Shown in pieces: positions 38,246 to 50,231 of a DNA stretch of 53,803 nt. Origin of the DNA: Octopus sinensis (lineage: Eukaryota). How positions within the stretch are numbered: the stretch's first letter is position 1; every line of letters starts with the position of its first letter. Under the pieces are notes generated by a model. It had not been told where the DNA came from. It was given only the letters and a program-made list of their open reading frames with translations, and did not search any database. Both the position numbers and the translations under genes were made by a program. Location of the stretch: NCBI RefSeq assembly GCF_006345805.1, contig NW_021833818.1:1-53803 (forward strand), written 5' to 3'.

Positions 38246-38387
38246 GAGGGGAAAATGCATGTGTACTGAAAGACTCAGAGAATCGTGTTCTTTCTTATCA
38301 GAAGAGAGCTCAATAAAAGTACAAGACTACTGGAATGATAAAGATTATAATGATGATGGTCGCTTGCGTCATTGTCGATGTATGAGT

Positions 38388-38645
38388 GTTTGAAGAGGAG
38401 GATTTAAAAACAAAAACAAAAAGAGAGAGAGAAGGGCAGAGAGAGAAAACAGGTTTTAAAAATTAAAGAACAAAAGAAGCTACATCTACTGGTGATAGAT
38501 GCTTGAATGAAATTTGAGTCCTGGGTTATGGATTTTGCTATGAAGGCGCAATGGGGAGGGACACTGGTGATTATGATTTTGCCTGGGATTGTCTGTTGAT
38601 TGCATGATGTAGTTCTTTTATTGCCCTTTTTCTCCATCTCAAATA
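38388..38645 (+). mobile_element. Unclassified repeat F ending in (AAT)n
   Basis: Second copy at 42632-42892; both end ctcaaataataat. Confidence 0.8.
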
Positions 38646-38741
38646 ATAATGATAATAATAATAATAATAATAATAGCAATAATAATAATAATGATGATGA
38701 TGGTGATGACGACGACGATGATGATGATGATGATGATGATA

Positions 38742-38932
38742 GTTTCTAATTTTGGCTCAAGGCCAGCAATTTCGGAGGAGGGTGTAAGAGTCAATTACAT
38801 TGACCCCGGTGCTCAACTGGTACTTATTTGTAGGCCCCGGAAGGATCAACTGTAGAACTCAGGTAGTGGAGGCGGACGAAATGCTGCTAAGCTTTTCGTC
38901 TGGCATAATAACGATTCTGACAGCTGTCCGCC
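38742..38932 (-). mobile_element. Degraded SINE B, B2 tail
   Basis: tttggctcaaggccagcaatttc..ctggtactta. Confidence 0.7.
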
Positions 38933-38944
38933 CTACGTGTGTAT

Positions 38945-39400
38945 GTATGTGTATGGCGCACAAGGAGGACGAAGACCGAAACAACCAAAGAACTACAAAC
39001 AAAATAACAACCGTAAGACTAGAAAAAACTACTTAAAACCAGTCAAAGAGCCAAAGGAAGCTAATGAGCCTAATAAAATACATGAAAAAGACCTTTTTCT
39101 GTATATATTTAAGGAGATGGCAAAATATATATATATACAGGAAATCAATAACACTAAAATATCAAATGAACGAAACGAAAGGGTGAGAAAAGCAGAGGGG
39201 AACACTCAAAATAGATTTTGCAAAAACATATTAAAGAGAAATGGAGAGAGAAAAAAATTCCCCATGGCTAATATCCTGTGAGACTCAACAGAACAGGAGT
39301 GAGAGCGGAAGCCAAGAATGGGTCGCAGGCTAGGGCTGAATGCAGAAAGTAACTGCTCGGGACTAATCGTTGGCCACGAATAAATACAGAGATAAAACAG
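38945..39400 (+). pseudogene. R4/Dong-type fragment downstream of RT
   Basis: QGGRRPKQ / TTNKITTVRLEK / HEKDLFLYIFKEMAKY / KEKWREKKIPHG*YPVR resembles GGRGL.Q.E..YK.TTIGL..YL and W.EK..HG.YP.R. Confidence 0.65.
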
Positions 39401-39417
39401 TGAGAGAATACATAGGT

Positions 39418-39627
39418 ATCAAATTTTGGCACAAGGCCAGCAATTTCGGGGGAAGGGGCAAGTCGACTACATCGACCCCAAGATTGAACTGGTACTTATT
39501 TTATTGACCCCAAAACGATGAAAGGTAAAATCCACTTCGGCGGAGTTTGAACTCAGGACGTAAAGACAGACTTAATACTGCTAAGCGTTTTGTCTGATAT
39601 GCTAATCATTCTGCCAGCTCACCGCCT
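39418..39627 (-). mobile_element. SINE B monomer, B2 tail
   Basis: Full reverse copy. Confidence 0.85.
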
Positions 39628-39635
39628 AAATACTG

Positions 39636-40302
<667 letters not shown>

Positions 40303-40303
40303 A

Positions 40304-40339
<36 letters not shown>

Positions 40340-40340
<1 letters not shown>

Positions 40341-40550
40341 TTCAAAATTTGGCACAAGGCCAGCGTTTTCAGGGGAGAATTATATCGATTACATCGACCC
40401 CAGGATTCAACTGGTACTTATTTCATCGACCCCGAAAAGATGAAAGGCTAGGTCGACCCCGGCGGAATTTGAACTCTGAACATAAAGACGGACAAAATGC
40501 CACTGAGTATTTTGCTCGGCATGGTAACGACTTTGTCGGTTAGTGGCCTT
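40340..40550 (-). mobile_element. SINE B monomer, B2 tail
   Basis: Reverse copy. Confidence 0.82.
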
Positions 40551-40569
40551 AGCGATAGAATATATTACC

Positions 40570-40985
40570 TATTTCTTTACTACCCACAAGGGGCTAAACA
40601 CAGAAGGGACAAACAAGGTCAGACATAGGTATTAAGTCGATTATATCGACCCCACTGCGTAACTGGTACTTATTTTATTGACCCCAAAAGGATGAAAGGT
40701 AAAGTCGACCTCGGCGGAATTTGAACTCAGAACGTAGCGGCAGACGAAATACCTATTTCTTTACTACCCACAAGGAGCTAAACACTGAAGGGACAAACAA
40801 GGACAGACAAACGGATTAAGTCGATTATATCGACCCCAGTGCGTAACTGGTACTTATTTAATCGACCCCAAAAGGATGAAAGGCAAAGTCGACCTCGGCG
40901 GAATTTGAACTCAGAACGTAACGGCAGACGAAATACAGATAAGCATTTCGCCCGGCCTGCTAACGTTTATGCCAGCTCGCCGCCT
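40570..40985 (-). mobile_element. SINE B dimer
   Basis: TSD tagaatatattacc. Confidence 0.9.
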
Positions 40986-41026
40986 TTTAGAATATATTAC
41001 CATTAAGTACAAACTATGGAACCAAT

Positions 41027-41306
41027 GTGGAGGCGCAATGGCCCAGTGGTTAGGGCAGCGGACTCGCGGTCGTAGGATCTTTCACCACAACTTTCTCTCA
41101 CTCTTACTTCCTGTTTCTGTTGTACCTGTATTTCAAAGGGCCGGCCTTGTCACTCTCTGTGTCACGCTGAATATCCCCGAGAACTGCGTTAAGGGTACAC
41201 GTCTGTGGAGTGCTCAGCCACTTACACGTTAATTTCACGAGCAGGCTGTTCTGTTGATTCGGAACAACCGGAACCCTCGTCGTCGTAACCGACGGAGTGC
41301 TTCCCA
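41027..41306 (+). mobile_element. SINE C, tail type 2, internal deletion removing the B box
   Basis: TSD tatggaaccaat at 41015-41026 and 41307-41318. Confidence 0.9.
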
Positions 41307-41545
41307 TATGGAACCAATATAATGTGAAAGTTGACCGCATCATCTCTGGCTACCCACCACTTAGTAAGTCTACATACGCGTACGTGCGCAGTCTCAATCG
41401 GATCGTTAGCTGTCTTAATTGTATGATATGTTGACAGTTACGATATGAAAACGGACAAGACAAGAAATAAACTGGACAAATACGATGCATGGCAATGATG
41501 CAACTACGACCCATGTCTATCGAAAGATTGGAAATAAAAATACAT

Positions 41546-41769
41546 GCGCAATGGCCTAGTGGTTAGGGCAGCGGACTCGCGGTCGCAGGATCGCGGTTTC
41601 GATTCTCAGACCGGGCGTTGTGTGTGTTTATTGAGCGAAAACACCTAAAAGCTCTACGAGGCTCCGGCAGGGGGTGGTGATCCCTGCTGTACTCTTTCAC
41701 CACAATGGCGGTGCCCCAGCATGGCCACAGCTCAAGAGCTGAAACTGGAAAAACAAAAACAAAAACAAA
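41546..41769 (+). mobile_element. SINE C, tail type 6 (ggcggtgccccagcatggcc..(AAAAAC)n)
   Basis: C body to caccacaa, then a short tail related to the SINE A 3' end. Confidence 0.85.
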
Positions 41770-41901
41770 TGCGTGTTATTAATACGCTTTCGTTTCTGAC
41801 TTAAACATTGTATAAAAACAACAGGTGAAGCGGGAGAAGTACAAGCGTCTTGTAAATGGCGTAAAAGGATATGCGATATGAAAGTAAAACGAATACCAAT
41901 A

Positions 41902-42072
41902 GGTGCAGGAGTGGCTGTGTGGTAAGTAGCTTGCTTACCAACCACATGGTTCCGGATTCAGTCCCACTGCGTGGCAACTTGGGCAAGTGTCTTCTGCTAT
42001 AGCCTCGGGCCGACCAATGCCTTGTGAGTGGATTTGGTAAACGGAAACTGAAAGAAGCCTGTCGTATATATG

Positions 42073-42122
<50 letters not shown>

Positions 42123-42372
42123 TGGTGTGTGTGTGTGTGTGTGTGTGTTTGTGTGTCTGTGTTTGTCCCCCTAGCATTGCTTGACAACCGATGCTGGTAT
42201 GTTTATGTCCCCGTCACTTAGAGCTCGGCAAAAAGAGACCGATAGAATAAGTACTGGGCTTACAAACAATAAGTCCCGGGGTCGATCTGCTCGACTAAAG
42301 GCGGTGCTCCAGCATGGCCGCAGTCAAATGACTGAAACAAGTAAAAAAGAGAAAAAAAGAAAAAGAAAGAAA
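41902..42372 (+). mobile_element. SINE family A
   Basis: Full copy. Confidence 0.92.
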
Positions 42373-42532
42373 ATAATTATTGGAGCAGTAAGCATGATTA
42401 AAACATGAGCAAAAGCATACGAGCCGTAGCAGAGCTCACAATGCTATGTAAAGTGCATCTCACATCATGCTTCGGACGCTTTTGTTTTAATAGGACAACT
42501 TGAGCATCGTACATTCTGCACAGAACATATGT

Positions 42533-42613
42533 AGGAGCACTCCGTCGGTTGCGACGACAAAAGTCCCAGCTGATACGATCAACGGAACAGCTTGCTCGGG
42601 AAATTAATGTGTG
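42533..42613 (-). mobile_element. Headless fragment of SINE C tail type 2
   Basis: Reverse complement of ttaatttcacgagc..accgacggagtgct. Confidence 0.7.
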
Positions 42614-42631
42614 ACAACATGTATGGTCGCT

Positions 42632-42892
42632 TGTTTGAAGAAGAGGATTTAAAAACAGAAAACAAAAGAGAGAGAGAAGAGGGAGAGAGAAAACAGGTTT
42701 TAAAAATAAAAGAACAAAAGAATCTGCATCTACTGGCGATGGATGCTTGCATGTAATTTGAATCCAGGCATGGATTTTGGTATGGAGGCGCAATGGGGAC
42801 ACTGGTGGGTTTGATTTTGCCTGGGTTTGGGTAAATGTGTCTGTTGGTTGCAAGATGTAGTTCTTTTATTGCCTTTTTCTCCAACTCAAATA
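42632..42892 (+). mobile_element. Unclassified repeat F, copy 2
   Basis: Collinear with 38388-38645; followed by (AAT)n(AAG)n. Confidence 0.8.
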
Positions 42893-42901
42893 ATAATGAT
42901 G

Positions 42902-42972
<71 letters not shown>

Positions 42973-42981
42973 AAGAAGAAG

Positions 42982-43053
42982 AATACTGATGCAGTACCAG
43001 GCATGGCTCTCGTGGCTTCTGATCTTAACTGATTGGAAGTGTTATCATGTACA
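42982..43053 (+). mobile_element. Fragment of repeat D
   Basis: tggctctc.tggctt.tgatcttaa.tgattggaagtgttatcatgtacat is shared with 2315-2364. Confidence 0.75.
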
Positions 43054-43062
43054 TCATAGATG

Positions 43063-43190
43063 ATCGAGTGGACTGGAGTAACGGGAAATAAAGTGTCTTG
43101 CTCAAGGACACAACGCACCGCCGGGAATTGAACTCATGGCCTTAGGATCATGAGCCGAATGCCCCTAACCACTAAGCCACGCGCCTTCAC
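43063..43190 (-). mobile_element. SINE E-related 5' half
   Basis: Minus strand gcgcgtggcttagtggttaggg..gagttcaattccc..cttgagcaagacactt. Confidence 0.8.
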
Positions 43191-43811
43191 ATAACATACG
43201 TAATATTTACCCAAAACTATAATCAATCAATGAAATAAGAGTCCACATATAACATACAATACACGACCACCATACCGGAAAATTATGCAGGAAGGTCCCT
43301 ACATAATCAATAACTAACACTGTTTCTTCAACGACTCGCACACATCTCATGCTTCACACAACTTCCAACGCCATTAACTCCACACAGACCATTCACCACA
43401 TATTTACATATAATAACCATCTGGTACTGAAATATTAATATATATATCACGAATTAATAAGCATTCGAGACATGTTAATCACCAGGCCAAAACAAATAGC
43501 AAAAGTAAAAGAGGGAACACACTAACATAGATCGACAAACAGAAAACGGAATGGTGCAAAAACGAGGAGGGATTGGTGATGCAGTGGACATTCGCTAGAA
43601 ACCGACAACAAGAGGATTTTTAATATAGGCAGACGGCTTGAATTTTGGGGCGAGGTATTAGAAGTAATGGTCTGGTAAGTTATCTCATTGACCACAGAAA
43701 GGTGAAAGGTAAAGTTGATGTAAGTGGGATTTGAACTCGGAAGGTAAAGAACTGCAAACAAAAACTATATAGCATACATGGCCGCATGTACGTAATACTT
43801 CATGTAAATAC

Positions 43812-44323
43812 GTGTGGCTGTGTGGTGAGTAGCTTGCTTACCAACCACATGGTTCCGGGTTCGGTCCCACTGCGTGGCATCTTGGGCAAGTGTCTTCTAC
43901 TATAGCCTCGGACCGACTATAAGCCTCGGACCGACTAATAATATAGCCTCGGACCGACTAATAATATAGCCTCGGACCGACTAATAAGCAGCAAAGTACA
44001 GCATGACACTTTTTCTTACGTACATCTGTAACCTAAAATTTGTGAGTGGATTTGGTAGACGGAAACTGAAAGAAGCCCGTCGTATATATGTGTATATATA
44101 TGTATGTGTGTGTATGTTTGTATGTCTGTGTTTGTCCCCCTAGCATTGCTTGACAACCGATGCTGGTGTGTGTTTACGTCCCCGTAACTTAGCGGTTCGG
44201 CAAAAGAGAACCGATAGAATAAGTACTAGGCTTACAAAGAATAAGTCCTGGGGTCGATTTTCTCGACTAAAGGCGTTGCTCCAACATGGCCACAGTCAAA
44301 TGACTGAAACAAGTAAAAGAGTA
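43812..44323 (+). mobile_element. SINE A carrying an internal tandem amplification and a captured 56-bp segment
   Basis: agcctcggaccgacta x4 (43901-43985), then an insert matching 46424-46479. Confidence 0.9.
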
Positions 44324-44485
44324 ATAGGTAATGTGGAAATTAACCCCCTTTTATAAAAGACTATTTCTTCGCGGGAAAGGCTTCTTTAAACGTCTCTCCA
44401 GAAGTTTTAATTATACAAAATTACACAAAATCTCCTATATTTAGTTTTATTACAATTCAGAATAAGATGTTTTTCATGCATACAT

Positions 44486-44779
44486 ACTCTTTTACTCTTT
44501 TACTTGTTTTAGTCATTTGACTGCGGCCATGCTGGAGCACCACCTTTAGTCGAGCAGATCGACCCCGGGACTTATTCTTTGTAAGCCCAGTACTTATTCT
44601 ATCGGTCTCTTTTGCCGAACCGCTAAGTGACGGGGACGTAAACACACTAGCATCGGTTGTCAAGCAATGCTAGCGGGACAAACACAGACACACAAACACA
44701 AACACACACACAACACACCACACACACACACACCACCACACACCCACACACACACATATATATTATATATATAGATATA

Positions 44780-44818
<39 letters not shown>

Positions 44819-44990
44819 TTCAACAATTGAGGGCAAAATAATTATTATTAATCAATTTCACCATTCACCATGTTCATAGGCAAGGCCATTCAAGGCGAAT
44901 TCAAATTATTACATTATATAAAGGCTTAGTAAAATAAATTCTTTGCCGCATACAGTATGCGGCAAAGTAATTTATTTTACTAAGCCCTTT

Positions 44991-45039
<49 letters not shown>

Positions 45040-45193
45040 CGACAGGCTTCTTTCAGTTTCCGTCTACCAAATCCACTCACAAGGCATTGGTCAGCCCGGG
45101 GCTATAGCAGAAGACACTTGCCCAAGATGCCACGCAGTGGGACTGAACCCGGAACCATGTGGTTGGTTAGCAAGCTACTTACCACACAGCCAC
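44486..45193 (-). mobile_element. SINE A with an insertion in its internal (TA)n
   Basis: A halves flank 44815-44998. Confidence 0.9.
44815..44998. mobile_element. (TA)n-inserted fragment ending in an ~86-bp palindrome
   Basis: Arms 44913-44953 and 44955-44998 with a 1-nt centre. Confidence 0.7.
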
Positions 45194-45830
45194 ATATAAA
45201 TTCACCAGCATATGCACATAGATACAGTCAGGCACGCATACAATCATACACACACATACTATGTGTATGTGTGAGCGTGTGTGCGCTTTTGTGCAAGTCT
45301 GTGTATACCCGGAGAAAAGGGTACAGCAAGTCATGCTCTTCACATCGAGGTAACCTTATCCCTTCCATCAATAATGCCCGATAAAATAAATAATAGATTA
45401 GTATTAGTTCTGTTGTCGACATGACAGACAAAATTCTATTGAATGCTGTGTCGCCCTATGACTAAAGGCCAGGACTACAATCAGTAAAACTTTAAGGCCA
45501 CACACGTTGATAATCTCTAGTCGGATAAATCTGGTGCCGTTCTATTATTGTAGTTTCTCCTCGCAAAAGTCAATAATATTAATCTGCTGTCATCAGTTGC
45601 GCTCGGAAGTTGCACTGACGGATCACGATGCAGCATGCGAGAAAACTAAAACTGAGAAACATTGTGTGGTAAGTAGCTTGCTTACCGACCACATGGTTCC
45701 GGGTTCAGTCCCACTGCGTGGTATCTTGGGCAAGTGTCTTCTACTATAGCCTCACGCCGACCAAAGCCTTGTGAGTGGATTTGGTAGATGGAAACTGAAA
45801 GAAGCCCATCATATATATGTATATATATAT

Positions 45831-46119
45831 CAGAAATATTAAATTTCTAAACGGTGGTGGGGTGATAGAATGGTTGTCAATCTAATGGTTGTCAATCTAA
45901 CGTGAACGTGACAGTAGGGGGTTACACCACCGCTGTTTAGCCCTAGGAAGCATCGACGCCTCCTGATGGCTTTGACACATATTTCCTGTGTCCTTATATA
46001 CATTTACGAAGGGAAGACAAACACCCACAGCAGCCAGACCTGCATCTAGAGACACACATGTTTCAGGACCATCGGTCTAGAGTAGCAGACGCGCGCCAGC
46101 CACGGATATCTGTCACGAT
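45831..46119 (-). mobile_element. Small (TA)n-inserted element H3 with hammerhead-like motif
   Basis: ~290 bp of non-SINE sequence with (TA)n on both sides; single copy in the window. Confidence 0.7.
46038..46090 (-). ncRNA. Putative minimal type I hammerhead ribozyme variant (H3)
   Basis: UCUAGA-CCGAUGG-UCCU-GAA-ACA-UGUG-UGU-C-UCUAGA: stem I 6 bp plus CUGC/GCAG extension, stem III 3 bp, GUC triplet; stem II essentially absent. Confidence 0.55.
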
Positions 46120-46154
<35 letters not shown>

Positions 46155-46786
46155 ATATGTTTGTGTGTCTGTGTTTGTCCCCCCAACATCGCGTGACAAC
46201 CGATGTCGGTGTGTTTACGTTCACATAACTTAGCGGTTCGGCAAAAGAGAACCGATAGAATAAGTACTAGGCTTACAAAAATATAAGTCCTGGGAGTCGA
46301 TTTGCTCGACTAAAGGCGGTGCTCCAGCATGGCCGCAGTCAAATGACTGAAACAAGTAAAAGAGTAAAAGAGTAATTCTTCATTTTCTGAAAGTGCATTA
46401 CTTCATACAAACTGATACGAAAAAAGCAGCAAAGTACAGCATGACTCTTTTTCTTGCGTACATCTGTAACCTAAAATTTCCAAACATTGTAAACCCTCTC
46501 TAAAGAAATGAGAATAGAAAATCTGTTGAGTCAGTCGAGCTTGAAATAAAGACCACCATAACGAATTATTGAATGTTCGAAAGGAACGGCATGTTTTTGA
46601 AATTTCACTTTCCACTCGTTAACGGCATAGGCTTTCAAAAAAGTGGTCTTCCTTATCGCCAGAGTAACTATTCTTTGGGGTAAATGTGAATTAAGACATC
46701 GAGATGATAGTGACAGATTACTGTCAGTGAAAATTCCGGATAAAACGGAGACAGAGAACTGCATAAATTGCGAAAAAAAATTGATG

Positions 46787-46896
46787 ATACACAGACCCTG
46801 TAACATTGACAACCCATCTCGTTGCACGGAAAATGGATCATACACAGACCCTGTAACATTGACAACCCATCTCCTTGCACGGAAAATGGATCATAC
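46787..46896 (+). repeat. 53-bp tandem duplication (2 copies)
   Basis: atacacagaccctgtaacattgacaacccatctc(g/c)ttgcacggaaaatggatc x2. Confidence 0.92.
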
Positions 46897-47109
46897 CAGC
46901 AAAAATTCTTTAAAAGCTTCCGAAATGAAACGTTTTTAAATGGAAACTAAAACGCATAACTTCGATTCATTGTCTAGTTTCATTATCATAAAAGTCGATA
47001 ACATACGGAAGCGGTGCTGTGACGATACAAAGTTATATGATTCAAAATATAAGTAAATTCATAGAATACTGAATTTCCATAGGTCCTGCCCCGCTAGTAG
47101 AAATAATAA

Positions 47110-47312
47110 TTCTTTCTGTACCTATAGGCACAGAGGCTGAAATTTTGGTGGAAGGAACTAGTCGATCACATCAAAACAGAATTTTATCGAACCCCTATTG
47201 GATGAAAGGCGCAATTGACCTCGGTGGAATTTGAACTAAGGAACGTAGAAACGGACGAAATGCCACCAAGTATATTGTTCGGCGCGCTAACGATGTTGCC
47301 AGTTCGCTGCCT
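47110..47312 (-). mobile_element. Degraded SINE B, B2 tail
   Basis: aggcacagaggctgaaatttt..ggaatttgaact..gccagttcgctgcc. Confidence 0.75.
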
Positions 47313-47652
47313 GATAAATACAAACAGTAACAATTGTTTGTAATTTAGAGACAAGGTGTGCCAACTGTTTTTAACTTGGACTTCAAGGCTGAAATTTTGA
47401 TGGAATAAATCCATAAATTAAAAGGTAAAACCCGATATTCAGACAGCAATTTGACTGTACTCTTTGTGTACTTCTGTCTCCTTATACACACACACACATA
47501 CACACACGCACGCACATACATATGCACACATAATATATGTGCATATGTATATGTGCGTATGTACGTAGGTAAGTATGTATGCATGTATGTATGTATGCAT
47601 GTATGTATGTATATATGTATATATATATACATATATATATACATATATATAT

Positions 47653-47845
47653 CAGACGCCATGATAGATCGTTAGCCACTACACATATTTTTTTCTCTCC
47701 TTGTTTTCTGTGTCCCTTTCTGTAGAAGAGTGCAGGCTCGAAACGTAAAAGACTTTTTCCATTCCTGAGCGTTATACTAATACTCTGTTTGTTTTTGGTA
47801 CACCACCTGTCTTCGTCTTTCGTTGTTTTTTTCGTAAACTCTCCC
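47653..47845 (+). mobile_element. Small (TA)n-inserted element H1, copy 1
   Basis: Three copies in the window; (TA)n on both sides. Confidence 0.85.
47712..47753 (+). ncRNA. Putative minimal hammerhead variant (H1 copy 1)
   Basis: CUUU-CUGUAGA-A-GAGU-GCAG-GCUC-GAA-ACGU-A-AAAG. Confidence 0.5.
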
Positions 47846-47871
47846 TATATATATTATATACATATATATAT

Positions 47872-47930
<59 letters not shown>

Positions 47931-47942
47931 TATATATAATAC

Positions 47943-47975
<33 letters not shown>

Positions 47976-47980
47976 CATAT

Positions 47981-48026
<46 letters not shown>

Positions 48027-48150
48027 TATATATTATATACATATATATATTATAATATACATATATACATATATACATACAATATAATATATATATATAA
48101 TATATATATATATATATAATATATACATATATCTATATATGATATATAGA
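47846..48150. repeat. (TA)n tract
   Basis: Direct reading. Confidence 0.95.
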
Positions 48151-48151
48151 T

Positions 48152-48306
48152 AAATGAAAGAATGGAGTTGAACGACGAATTAACAAAATTCCTTTATTTT
48201 ATTTTCGACATTGTTTCGATCGAAGGCTGCATTTTCGACTGAATTTGCTACCAGTATTCCGTTAACCGAATTATCCATAAAAGATAATTCACAACACACT
48301 ACTCAA

Positions 48307-48311
<5 letters not shown>
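48152..48311 (-). mobile_element. (TA)n-flanked fragment H4 with the 3' half of a hammerhead-like motif
   Basis: Minus strand tcGAAACaatGTCgaaaataaaaataaa; no CUGANGA found in the retained part. Confidence 0.4.
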
Positions 48312-48359
<48 letters not shown>

Positions 48360-48707
48360 AGCAAAACACCCTCCCCCGTCCAATGGACGGTGCTGAGTTG
48401 TCAAACATTTAAACCAAAGTTTCTCAAAACAACTTGTCCAACCGTTCCATAGGCCTCCCCTTTGAGAAACACCAACTTAACCTAAATTTGAGACACCAGC
48501 AAAAGAAGAAATAAAGATAGACTTTTTTTTTCTAATCCAAAGAATGCTTTATCGATCGCATTCTCACCTGGAATCGATTTTTGTAATTTTTTCAAGACTT
48601 ATCTACGCCCTGATACCGCCGGTATCTACATATGAAATTTGGCCGAATTATTTGAAAATGCTTATAAGATTCTTGCTCAATTCATCCATTGTGTATGTTA
48701 TGTCGCA

Positions 48708-49092
48708 TGGAGGCGCAATGGCCCAGTGGTTAGGGCAGCGGACTCGCGGTCATAGGATCGCGGTTTCGATTCCCAGACCGGGCGTTGTGAGTGTTTATTG
48801 AGCGAAAACACCAAAAAGCTCCACGAGGATCCGGCAGGGGATGGTGGTGATCCCTGCTGTACTCTTTCACCACAACTTTCTCTCACTCTTACTTTCTGTT
48901 TCTGTTGTACCTGTACTTCAAAGGGCCGGCCTTGTCACTCTCTGTGTCACGCTGATTATCCCCGAGAACTACGTTAAGGGTACACGTGTCTGTGGAGTGC
49001 TCAGCCACTTACACGTTAATTTCACGAGCAGGCTGTTCCGTTGATTCGGATCAACCGGAACCCTCGTCGTCGTAACCGACGGAGTGCTTCCA
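48708..49092 (+). mobile_element. SINE C, full length, tail type 2
   Basis: A and B boxes, body, tail ending accgacggagtgcttcca. Confidence 0.92.
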
Positions 49093-49671
49093 CCACTAAC
49101 TGTTCGCTACTCTGACTCTAGTCTGTGCTGTCTGATGTCGTCTAGACTTCTCCCTCTATATCTACGTATTGGGCTAGCCTACTTCATCGTCTGGGGGCGT
49201 CCACACAACAGTATAGTAATTCATATGACATGTATTTGTTACTCTTCCTTTCATGTACAAGACTGAAAAGGGTTGAATCGTAGGTTTATCTAATAGAAAA
49301 CATCTATATTACTATTGTGGCATTATATCCTCTCCGAGTGTCGTCCTCTTGTCCCACAATTGCCCAACTAAAATTACACTATGCAGGTATGGTTGACACT
49401 AAATATGAAATGGGACCTGACAGCAGCTGAAGGGCTGCCTCAGTATTTGACGCAGCTAAACTCTCAAAATCTACAGAATGCCGACAGCCTGGCATCATTA
49501 AGCTGTCCCCCCTACTATGTAGAACATGTATAAATTCAGTCGCCGTGATAGATCGTTAGCCACTACACTTTTTTTAACTCCTTTTTTTTCTCCCTTTTAT
49601 CTTTCTTTTTTTTCTCTCCTTTTTTCTCTCCCCTTTTTTCTCTCCTTGTTTCTCTCCTTGTTTCTTTCTGT

Positions 49672-49713
49672 GTTCCTTTCTGTAGAAGAGCGTAGGCTCG
49701 AAACGTAAAAGAC
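49672..49713 (+). ncRNA. Putative minimal hammerhead variant (H1 copy 2)
   Basis: CUUU-CUGUAGA-A-GAGC-GUAG-GCUC-GAA-ACGU-A-AAAG. Confidence 0.5.
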
Positions 49714-49899
49714 TTTTTCTATTCCTGAGCGTTATACTAATACATCCGTTTGTTTTATACACAACCTGTCTTCGTCTTTTGTTTTTTTCGTAAACTTTCT
49801 CTCTCTCTATATATATATATATATGAGACGCCATGATAGATCGTTAGACACTACACACATTTTATTCTCTCCTCTTTTTCTCTCCTTGTTTTTTTCTGT

Positions 49900-49941
49900 G
49901 TCTCTTTCAGTAGAAGAGCGTAGGCTCGAAACGTTAAAGAC
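49900..49941 (+). ncRNA. Putative minimal hammerhead variant (H1 copy 3)
   Basis: UCUUU-CAGUAGA-A-GAGC-GUAG-GCUC-GAA-ACGU-U-AAAGA. Confidence 0.45.
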
Positions 49942-50231
49942 TTTTTCTATTCCTGGGCGTTATACTAATACATCTGTTTGTTTTGTACACCACCTGTCTT
50001 CGTCTTTTGGTTTGTTTTCTTAAACTCTCCCTATAAATTCAGCTGCTTTCCTAGATGTTGCTTCTTTGTTAAATTATACACGCGGCCTAAACTGAGAAAC
50101 GGAGGACCAAATATTCTCACCAAGAAGCTATATTCAAATTCTGTTTGCTCCTGTTTGCTCTACACCTGAAGGTATAGATATGGAATTTCAGCTACGATTC
50201 TTTAAGTAATGGAAAGTCGATTGAATCCGTC

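Larger units (their letters stand above)
45663..46374 (+). mobile_element. SINE A with an insertion in its internal (TA)n
   Basis: A halves flank 45831-46119. Confidence 0.9.
49540..50031 (+). mobile_element. Tandem dimer of element H1 (copies 2 and 3) joined by (TA)n
   Basis: Copies at about 49540-49808 and 49826-50031; flanking direct repeat tataaattcag at 49529-49539 and 50032-50042. Confidence 0.85.

Noticed and set aside
46643-46939. 98-aa ORF with a CxxC motif
   Set aside because: Extended by the 53-bp tandem duplication; no recognisable domain.
48708-48780. tRNA-Arg gene
   Set aside because: It has A/B boxes and an anticodon-like loop but no proper acceptor stem, and it continues into a SINE body found in many copies.
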